Shown: one piece after another, positions 54,206 through 64,000 of the stretch
How positions within the stretch are numbered: position 1 is the first letter of the stretch
How the letters are laid out: every line of letters starts with the position of its first letter
Source: Chrysomallon squamiferum
Lineage: Eukaryota; Animalia; Mollusca
DNA length: 64,000 bases
Direction: 5' to 3'
Assembly: GCA_012295275.1 (NCBI GenBank)
Contig: CM022672.1
Coordinates: forward strand, 17,484,001 to 17,548,000
The notes under the pieces: generated by a model
Database searches by the model: none
What the model was told of the DNA's origin: nothing
The model's input: only the letters and a program-made list of their open reading frames with translations
Made by a program: the position numbers and the translations under genes

Positions 54206-55672
54206 GAATGTGTCTGTCGTGGGCACACAATACCAACAAAAGATCCCGAGAGAGGAATTACACGGGCTGACCTAGTTAGGAACAATTCCCAAGCCTTCTC
54301 TGAGCTCAGTTAATTACAATTAGCCAAAGCCCTTGTTAAGTGCTCTCTCTTTACGACGTTTAATGTGTGGCACATTGCGCCTGGCCAGTTAGAAGACCTT
54401 TGTCTTAAAAACTCTGGAATCAATATATGTTTTCTATTTCTGATCTCCTGTCTTTGTTATCAAGCTCAAAAAGAAATGTTAAGATAATGAACGAATCGAG
54501 CTGAAAGCCATTATGAAAAGATGCGTATCTAATACGCTTTTTTTTTTTTTTTTATAAGTGATTAGCCCCTGTTTCATAGAATTTTGTTGTGATAGAGCAG
54601 AGAAATAATTGGCTTGATTCTGGGTTAAGCAGATGACAATGCTATGTCAAGCACTTATAAATTATGCTTAGTAAAAATTAGTAGATCTAATGACGCATTT
54701 ATATTTTTCTCTTTTTTTTTTTTTTTTTGTTATTCAAAAATCATTTTAAAGAGATCGTTTATAAATAATGAGTTAAGTATATCCATTTATGAGAAATACT
54801 GAAGTCCTGCTTCTGTTTAATTCGGACATACATGCATACACACAGACATACAGACATATGTTCTTATATAGATAATATGCGTATACAAACATACCTACAG
54901 ACAGAGATTAACTAAATTTTTTTTTTATTATTATTATTATTTTTTTTTAGATTATTTATTTATTTATTTATTTATTTAACCTACGTTTGATAAAGATTTC
55001 ACCACGCCTAGTTACTGAAGGAATGTTACAACACGTACGAAGTAAAATATTACATATACACCTCGCTTACGGACAAAAAAGAATTTCGGTTTCCGCTACG
55101 ACTAACAATTTCATAAATGAAGGAACAGGCTTGCTGCGCTATTCTCGAAAACGGATCTGGTTTATGCTTCACCTGTTTATGAGATAAATGGAAGAGCCTG
55201 CTTAATCGGTTCTTCTGGGAAACTTACTCTTGCCAACCAAGAAAACAATATATCAGTCAACGATATACATTTTTATGCCGTTCTTATTTTACTCCTTCTA
55301 GTCGTCTGTCCTACTCCTACGCATTCCGCCATTCCACGCAGTATCCATAAATATAAAATAAAACATTATAAAAACAAAAAAATGGTTAATAATAATAATA
55401 ATAATATAAATAAATAAATAAATAATTAAATAAATAAATAAATATATAAATTAGTAATCAAAAGTGGTACGAACGGGTAACTGAATTCCAAAAGACATCA
55501 AACGACCTCGGTGTTGGATTATATCCCGTTCCGATCTGTGCATTATCAAAGTCTTTGGAATATAAATTCTTATCACAGTTATCGTAATTGTAATCGTATT
55601 CGCATTCAACTTGCTTCCAATTCCATTGTAATAATACAGTAATCCATTACTTTTCTGATATCATATACTATG

Positions 55673-55773
<101 letters not shown>

Positions 55774-55820
55774 TTATCACTAATATTTTTTTTCCTTTTC
55801 CTATTTATTTTTTTTTACAG

Positions 55821-55884
55821 GAAAATTATCCTTGACATGAAATGTCAAGCAGACTATTAAGTTATCAGTAGTTAATTTATTGAT
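55821..55884 (+). other. Candidate 64-nt non-coding or poison exon
   Basis: Branch-like CACTAAT at about 55778, a long pyrimidine tract, TTTTACAG|G acceptor and GAT|GTAAGT donor. It has stop codons in all three frames. Confidence 0.4.
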
Positions 55885-56291
55885 GTAAGTTGATGGTGTT
55901 TTTATATGGATATTTTCTTTTTTACCCTTGTTGGAAAAGTACACTGATATTTTATATAGCTTTCAAGACTATTTTTAAGTTGTGATAGGAACGCTTTCCA
56001 AGTTGAAGATAATGAAATGCATCTTTTTTCTTCTTCTTCTTCTGATATTCACGTCTGAGGATTATAACATGTTCTACATTAATTTCAAATATTTCACCAG
56101 TTTATTCGAAATGCATCAACAACTTCCAAAAGCAAGTCTTTTTTTACGCAAAATTTTATCTGCATAATTATTTAAAGATATATTTATTTTTGAACTCACC
56201 TAAGCCTTAATCTTATCATCTCATTCATTATCGGCGGTTTCGACGAATTTATATCCCGATTTTGTCTGTTTCTAATAATATGCCTATGGAA

Positions 56292-56335
<44 letters not shown>

Positions 56336-56584
56336 ATACAAGACAAATCTTGTTGGCAGGCGAAAACGACTAGCATATGCGTGGTGTCCACTAGGTTTTC
56401 TCACATATTAGCTGAGTAGTTCTCTGTTATATAGCCATGAATTAAAAAAAAAAAAAAAAAAAATGTTGTTAATTATGACGTTACTTCGTTACTGTCGGCG
56501 GTTTTCGTGAAATGTCGATAATTCATCCAGGTCTGCGGATAGCCGCTATCAAGTGTGGTAGGTTAATGACAAACAGTACTATTT

Positions 56585-57215
56585 AAGGCTGTATCATAAA
56601 CTCTGTTATCTAACAGTGGATTAAATCTGGCTTATACCATAACACATTTTATCTAACTCAGAATTAAGTCTGGCTTTATATTCCAGTGCGTGATATACCT
56701 AATGCAGGATTAAACCTGGCTTTTAACATGATCGTTGTTTTCAGGACTAAACCTAGTTTATACCTTACCATAACATTTGGCACCGAACTCAGCGATTGAC
56801 CTGGCCTTTACCTTGTCCAGTATTACTCAACTCATGATTAAAACCTGGCTTGTACAGTAACTGTGACACTGAGACTAAATCTGGCTCACGTTTTAACTAT
56901 GCCACGCAGGCCATTATTAAATCTGGCTTAACTAACATTTGACCTTGCTTATACCTTGCTTATACCGTAACCTATGTTATTTAACCCAAAATTAAACCTG
57001 TCTTGTGCCGAAACCAGGATTAAAATCGGCTTTGTTTTGTAACCTATTTTACATGATACAGAATTTAATGTAGCTCTTACCATACGATCTATGTTATTTT
57101 ATCTAGGATTAAACCTGGCTGATAGCCTGAAATGACAATTGGAATCTAACACATTATAGATTTTCTTAACCCGGGATTAAATCTGGCATTAATATCATAA
57201 CTTGTGTTACCTAAT
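56585..57215. repeat. Old degenerate tandem array, period about 43 bp, conserved core GGATTAAAYCTGGCTT, about 13 copies
   Basis: The core or its variants occur at about 56618, 56661, 56707, 56744, 56792, 56835, 56872, 56914, 56989, 57017, 57061, 57106 and 57174. Confidence 0.85.
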
Positions 57216-58281
57216 ACGTGCACAAGAAATCGATCCTAAACTTTACAAAGAAGTTATGCGATCTCACACCCATATTAGCTCTCGACTACCCAATTTGATC
57301 CTGGTGTGTTTATTGTATTGGCGCTAGTTAGATAATTGTAAGGAATATATATATATATATATTTTAATTACACACATACATGTATTAATTGCTTGCTTTG
57401 TTTCGCAAAGATGAATAAGGTTTAAGAACTTTGACAATATTCTCTAATACGACTATTCATCAATCTCTGATACACCGATGAAACGTCAATGTGCTGCAGT
57501 GGCTAATTACATCTTTAATGTGAGAAATTTCCGTAAATTAAAGACAGTATCGATTACGAACAGCTAAATCAGAAATAAACCAAAGACAACCGGAGATAGC
57601 CGAAGACACCCGGATATTAACGAAAATTAATGTCTGTCAGCAGAAAAATCCACTTCATTAAATTAATTCAGTTCTTTCTTTAGATTTTTTGTTTATTCCG
57701 TATGTGAGTGTAGTTTATGTGTATGCATTTAAGTGTTCTCTTGCATGTAATTCCAGATAATTTATAGTATATTTTATCAGCAGATTACAGTTTAATTGTT
57801 TCTAAATTTGGTTTTCACAAGTAGAAATGAACTCGCATAAACCTAAATTTAAGGACTCTAATCTAGACAGGCATTTAACTACACAAAGATAGCTAGAACA
57901 TTAAACTCTGAGTTTTTGTGCAACGTCTGAATCATTTCGTTAAAGTACATTCGTTTTTAAAACGTTCTTATTAAGGGTAACTGTTTCCTTTTATTGCCGT
58001 AATTTTTAAATAACGACAGACCAGTCAAGACATAAGATACATGGCATTGATCTATAAGTATGTATCTTACATCCTGCTAAGATAGAGATTAATAATTTCA
58101 TTATTTTTTATTTATTCTTTTTCTTTTTCTTTCTTTATTTTTTCTTCTTTTTTTTTAAAATTTCTTTTTCTCTCTTGTAGTGCATATTCGATAATAATGA
58201 TATTTTGATGCAGTTAACATTATTCCCCAAAGTACTGAGATAGCTTCACTAATGTGAAATATTACCATTAACCCCCCCTCC

Positions 58282-58283
<2 letters not shown>

Positions 58284-58371
<88 letters not shown>
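58284..58371. repeat. (CT)n microsatellite
   Basis: Directly visible. Confidence 0.97.
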
Positions 58372-58374
<3 letters not shown>

Positions 58375-60472
58375 TGTATATCTATCTAGCTATATCTCTG
58401 TCTTTCTCTTACTCTATATATACATTAAGATACTGAAATGAAGATTAAGTGTGTGTGTGTGAAAGTGTGTGTATATAAATATTCATCTCAGTTATTTTAT
58501 TAACCTGACGGTGGCAGACTCTTGAAATATCTCGAAAATCTACGACTAGAAACAGCGTAATTATGAAAGCAGTTGCATCCAGTTCGCTTAACTGAAGCAT
58601 TTATGTCATACCGAGGTATGCTGCTGGGATTTCCACTCATTTTTGCCTATCTCCGCGTATTCCTATATTCTACATGATGGCAAAATTATACTAAATAGCA
58701 GAACGTAGTGACCTTGACCACGTTTGCAGATCAAAATAATCACTAGCTTTTGTCACCGTTTCTTCACGAACCTCAGTGATTTTTAAATACATCCTGTACG
58801 ATTTCAATAAACGCAGAAACTACAGGAAATTAAAATAAACTACCTTATAATCTAATTCAATATACATAGTATGCTTGAGCAGTTGTACCGTGAAGAATCC
58901 TGTTTACACACACACACACATACACACACACGTATATATGTATATATGTGTATTGATTCTTCAAGTATATCTACTGTAGCATAAAATGTTAGTTTATATT
59001 TTCAGACACAGCACACTTTCATATGTATGTACATATGTGTGCGTTTGTTCAAGTGTCTGTGTGTGTGTGTGTGTGTGTGTGCGTGCGTGTGCGTGTGGGT
59101 GATATGTGGGTGATATGTGGGTGTAAACATAGAGAGAAAGACTGAGTGAGTGGTATTTTATTTATCTAAGCAGCAATGCTTACAAATAATCAATTACATG
59201 TACACATTAATATCAAATCATGTGATGTTCTTAGGCATCCGTCATTACATTTTTATGGGAATGTTTTGATCATTTTACTTCAAAACAACCTTTTAACTTG
59301 ATGTCAAAAACCAAAAAAAAAAAAAAACATGTCGGCCCGCGCAGACACAAATGGATCTGAATTCAGTTTGAATGTTAATAGCAGAGCTTTTACTGCGATT
59401 ATTAAATCAGGTCACTTATTTTCGAAAACTTAATGTGTTTTTTTAGACGATTTAAATTTCTAGACGTGAAGTGGAAAACGCGATTTCCAACTTTGCCCCG
59501 TTTAGGTTGGCTATTGATTTGCTTCTTATGCAATAAGTCGAGCAAAAGTGCGTCTTTTTATTAGTAAGTTTTAACTCGTTCTAGGATGAAATTAGTTCCT
59601 GAAATCATTTGTTTTTTATTCAGTGAAGCTTGATAGTACATCTTGTGTGCCTACAATTCCAGCATAAGTGTCGTAGATCTAAAAAAAAAACACCACAACA
59701 AATAAGTGTTATCTGATACACACACACACACACTATACACGCACATACACGCTATGCACGCACAGTCACACACACACACACAACTTATAATAATAATGAG
59801 GACGGTGAGAATCGTTTTCGAAAGAAAAAATCATTACACTGAATCTTTGAGGATGTAAGATACAGTCTTCACCCCTCGAGGGTAAAACAGAATTCAGAGA
59901 GATAGAGAGAGAGAGACGATCATATTCTTGCTAACAACCAACGCCTGAACAATCAAATGCTCAAGAAAAATATAAAGTCTGCGTGTCTAGATAAGATTTG
60001 AAAGGTTTTTTTGCTGCGGGCGTCATTTTGGTTCTTACACGTTTTGCAAGAAGCATTAAAAAAAAAGTGTTTCTTTTTTATTATAATTTTTTTTCTTTTT
60101 TTTCTTTATTTCTTTTTATGTATTTATTTATTTAATATCGTGATTGTTGTTGCTATGCAACTGATATTTATTTTGATTCTTTTTTCTTTCCAATTTTTTC
60201 ATTCTTCTTTCCCTTAATCTTTCTGCTGTTTATTTTTTTTTTTTTTTTTATTTGTTGATAATATTATTAATGTTATATAAATTCCAATACATTTTTTCTA
60301 ATGGAAAATATCAATAAAATGTCATTTAGATTAATAACGTTCTTGGATTCTGGAACTAATGTGAATTCTATTCGTAAATAAATAAGCAAGTAATTAAAGA
60401 AGTCAGTAAGTAAGTAAATAAGTAAATACATTTATAAAACGTTCGTCGATAAATAAATAATTTATAAAACGT

Positions 60473-60710
60473 TCTTTCTCTCAGTCTTTCTCGCTCTCTC
60501 TGTCTCTCTCTCTCTCTCTCGTTCTCTTTCGTTCGTTCTCTCTGTTTCTCTCTCTCTCTTTTTCTTTTATTCTTTCCCTTTCGTCCTCTCTCGTTCATTT
60601 TCACTCTCTCGTTCTCATTCATTCTCTCACTTTCTCTCTTTTTCTGTCTCTCCATCTCTCGTTCATTCGATCTCTCTCTCTCGCTCGCTCTCTCTCTCTC
60701 TCCCCCTCTC
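60473..60710. repeat. Degenerate (CT)-rich polypyrimidine tract
   Basis: Directly visible. Confidence 0.9.
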
Positions 60711-60899
60711 TATATATATATATCTCTTTTACCTTTCGCATCATCAAGTTTGGATGTCAGAATCTTTTGTTTATTATTGTTGCTGGTGTTTGTGTGTGTG
60801 TGTCTGTCTGTCTGTCTGTCTGTCTGTCTTTTTCTGGGTTTGTTTAATGTTGCTGTTGTTTTGTTGTTGTTGTTTTTTTTCCCCCTTAACAAACGACAT

Positions 60900-61300
60900 T
60901 TAGACCTTAACTGTCCAGAAATTAGATACCGTAAACAAAAACAGAAAAAAAAAACAGCTTCTAAGCACCTTCTGACCCATCTTGACCCTGACTTGTCGGA
61001 TCTACACATCCTGAATGATATTCGTTTCCGATGCTTCTCGCCGCTGTAATTCCACATGACGTCGGACACGCAGTTCTGACATCGTCGTAAACTCCCAGCC
61101 GGGCACTGCGGTGCTTCTCGAGGATTCATCCACCAGAAGCTTTCGGATTACACCACACGGGGGCTGTTTTAATAGACAGACCTGTAAATGATTTTGACTT
61201 GTCTTTAATAGATCGTTCATTTGAACTTTCCATTATTTTTCTGATCTGTCACTTACCAGCGCTAGCGGTAATTCCCGTAAACAGTGGCGTCAATCTTTCG
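60900..61300 (-). other. Candidate 5' exons of a minus-strand transcript (75-nt intron at 61256-61182)
   Basis: Minus-strand donor CTG|GTAAGT at 61257/61256 and acceptor CATTTACAG|G at 61182/61181. A GC-rich exon-like segment follows with several ATGs, including AAGATGG at 60980 that encodes MGQKVLRSCFFFLFLFTVSNFWTVKV*. No strong downstream donor is present. Confidence 0.3.
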
Positions 61301-61410
61301 TGTTCGTGGTTTCCCGCGCGCCCCGGAGTTGTTCGTAACTTCCTGTTTCGTGTTCTCGTAACCGAGAGTATTTTATGATAAGTCTGGAGTAAAAAAAATA
61401 TGACGTTGTA
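61255..61410. promoter_or_regulatory. CpG-rich promoter/enhancer-like island with clustered STAT-, CRE-, E2F- and ETS-like motifs
   Basis: TTCCCGTAA 61272-61280, TGGCGTCA 61285-61292, TTTCCCGC 61310-61317, ACTTCCTG 61338-61345 and TTCTCGTAA 61353-61361. CpG density is high compared with the window background. Confidence 0.5.
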
Positions 61411-62395
61411 ATCGTCATCGAGGAAATTTCGTTTAGTAGTTGTTGTTTTGTCGTTTATTTATTTATTTATTTGTTGTTGCTGTTGTTGCTGCTGTTTTGT
61501 ATATTTAACTGATTAGTTTTCTTTTGGTGTTATGAAAAAAAAAATGAAGCAAAAACCAAAAACCAAATAACAAATGGTGCAAAACAGAAATATTTCTATG
61601 TACATACATTTATATATATAATACATACATATATACATAGATCACACATTCACATATACGTTCGTGCATAATACATACAGAAGAACAGACACATACCAGT
61701 TCATAAATGCAGTGAGAAAACAAGAGAGGTTGGGAAAGGAACAAGACTAAAAAATTCCGATGAGAAAACGGGAATGTTTAAACGTTAAGGCCGCCTGTGC
61801 AGGGTAATTTGCTTTCACGGTCTGTTATTGCTATCCTGGAATCTTACACAGAACAGCACACGTTAACACAAATAATTAGATTCTCTGCCTATATAAAAGA
61901 AACATTAGTGTTATAATCTAATTTCAATAGTACTGTGTTTCCCTCAATCGATAAATGAGTTTCTGTTCAATTATTTCATACGAAAATTAGGCAGTTATTA
62001 TAAACTAGATAACAGAGTCTATTATCCCTGCTTTGTTACATTAACTAGTTGTACGAGGTATGAAAATTAAAACTTTGCGGAATTTTGCATATTTTTGATA
62101 TTAGCCTACTGAGCAAGTTTTATAGAATGTACGCCGTGACCAAACCAACAGTCAGGTCTGTCTGCCGTGCACCACATTAGCATCAGATAAGACTGCTTTA
62201 TACCTATCCAGAGATGTTTAGCATGAACAGTCTTTGATTTCAGTATCTAACAGTTTTAATGAAGTTTTTGTAGCTTAATCACTGCATCTGATATTTATTG
62301 ATAACTCCTGCTTGATACGCCATTTTAAAGGCTCGTGTTATGATATTTGGAAAGGTTGTAACCGTTCTGGATTTGCTCCGACTCTATCGCAGAAC

Positions 62396-63018
62396 GGTGT
62401 CGTCCCATTTATTCGACGTCCCATGTGGTCGAATTCCCAATTATCGAAATAACTTGTCTATCGAAATATCTGATTACCTATGTATGTAATGAACATTGGC
62501 CTCTTCATGGTTATTCATAGTTTTTCCATGGCCTTTGTTGAATAAAACTCTGTTTATGCAAACTTTCATTAGAGGATGTGTTCTTGTTGGCTTCTTGAGT
62601 ATATAAGAAGATATTTTTGAAAAACAAAAATAACACCGCTAATCATTCCGAGTATGGCTGGTTTACACAAGGTAGAATTTGTGCAGTCAAATCGCGGAAA
62701 ACAACGAGTTTCGCTCTCCTCATAAAGCAGTAGTGATTCTTTTTTTGTGACATAAACATTTTTGAATAAAGATCTTTTTAAAATTATTTACTACATTCAA
62801 TACATGGTTTATTTCGATATATGTCATATTTGCATACTTTATGCGATAAACGATATTTATGTCATCTATACAATAATAATCGGTTTCCAGATATAATCTG
62901 TAACAGTTCATTATAATGACTGAGGTAACAGCATGCATGTCAGTAAGACCACTGAACCATCTTTGTTGTCGTTTTAGCATTTCGACCAACTGGGAATTGT
63001 ACCAAATGGGAGTAAGCC
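62396..63018. mobile_element. Non-autonomous TIR DNA transposon (MITE-like, GG...CC ends, 8-bp TSD)
   Basis: The left end GGTGTCGTCCCATTTATTCGACGTCCCATGTGGTCGAAT aligns in register with the reverse complement of the right end, GGCTTACTCCCATTTGGTACAATTCCCAGTTGGTCGAAA. The flanks CGCAGAAC (62388-62395) and CTCAGAAC (63019-63026) are 7/8 identical. The TIRs are built of 16-bp tandem subunits. Confidence 0.7.
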
Positions 63019-64000
63019 CTCAGAACCTATCAAACTCTAATTTTAGGGACTGGGGAAAAAAAATATAATATATCCATTAAAAGTGTATTGGACATGCATG
63101 CATTTTCTCCGATATTTTGAGCATTCTGTCTGATACGATGGATAATTATACGTACACCGTTCGTGTGTTTGTGTGTGTGCCTACGCGCGCGTGTGTGTGA
63201 GTGTGTGTGTGTATCCAGTTTAATCTTGAAATGTCTGTCAAAGACAAAATCTTTAACGAGACCAGTTCTGTATCACTGACAGATAATATCCTAATCTAGT
63301 ACGAACCAGATGTGGCAACGGTCATTAAGCTAACTGTTGCCAATTCATTTCAGCTCAGTTCATTTCAGTCCAGTACCGTTAGTTTAGTTTGGCTTGGTTT
63401 ATTGTTCGTTTGCCGTGTGCACTGTGCAATATTAAATATCTGCATGTCACAGCTTGATCATTTTGGCAACAAAAGTAATTATTCTCCGGATGGTAATAGA
63501 GTGCATAATTTTTCCAAGTTAAACAGTCATGAAATATTTATCTGAATCTGTCACAGATATTTTAAAAAATAATGAAATCTGATGATTTCTCTTTCGTTTT
63601 TTGTTTTTTTTTGTTGTTTTTTGGGGTTTTTTGCAGAGTTTTATCTCTAAGTGTAGTATTTTTGGATGTATGACGTTTGTTTTGGAAATTTGGAAAGTTC
63701 TTTTTTTTTTTTTTTTTTGTTCGAGTTATTTTATTGGATTAAAAAAGTAACTGCCCGACATCGTGAAAAATGCTAACATATTTCAACACTATTTCTTCTG
63801 TTTATTTTATTTTTAGAGATATGCGTAAAAATAATTCAGTGTCAGTGGATAATTTATTTAACAATTGAAGCATCTTAGGCAAATTTTTAATTTTTTTATT
63901 TTAATTTCTGTTTATGTTTATTTAATGGGTGCATTACCTTCAGACTAATTATAGCTTCTCAGGTTTTCACATCATTTTTTTTTTTATAATAAATATTTTC

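Noticed and set aside
56585-57215. CRISPR array
   Set aside because: The repeats are degenerate, the linkers are related to each other and irregular in length, there are no cas genes, and the context is eukaryotic.

Overview
This is eukaryotic (metazoan, invertebrate-like) genomic DNA, not prokaryotic. It is very AT-rich (roughly 30% GC by eye) and dense in microsatellites ((AAT)n, (ACT)n, (AG)n, (AC)n, (ACAT)n) and homopolymers. A mollusc or other lophotrochozoan is plausible but is only an inference. Almost all ORFs in the supplied track are artefacts of simple repeats. One convincing coding exon is present: + strand 43420-44146, ATG-initiated, ending at an AAG|GTAAGA donor, about 242 codons, and containing a ubiquitin-type RLRGG motif. 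It has a candidate upstream promoter, 5' UTR and microexon at 40.5-41.1 kb. A CpG-rich, motif-dense promoter-like island with possible minus-strand first exons lies at 60.9-61.4 kb. The remainder looks intronic or intergenic. It contains a tRNA-Arg(TCG)-like SINE inside an (ACAT)n array, a 623-bp TIR element with an 8-bp TSD, a 546-bp palindrome, a 53-54 bp minisatellite, and two older degenerate tandem arrays, one with a repeat/spacer look. No gene could be named with confidence. No CRISPR, rRNA, intact tRNA or transposase/RT ORF was seen. I cannot demonstrate a new biological system from sequence alone. The best leads are the RLRGG exon, the long palindrome and the GGATTA array.
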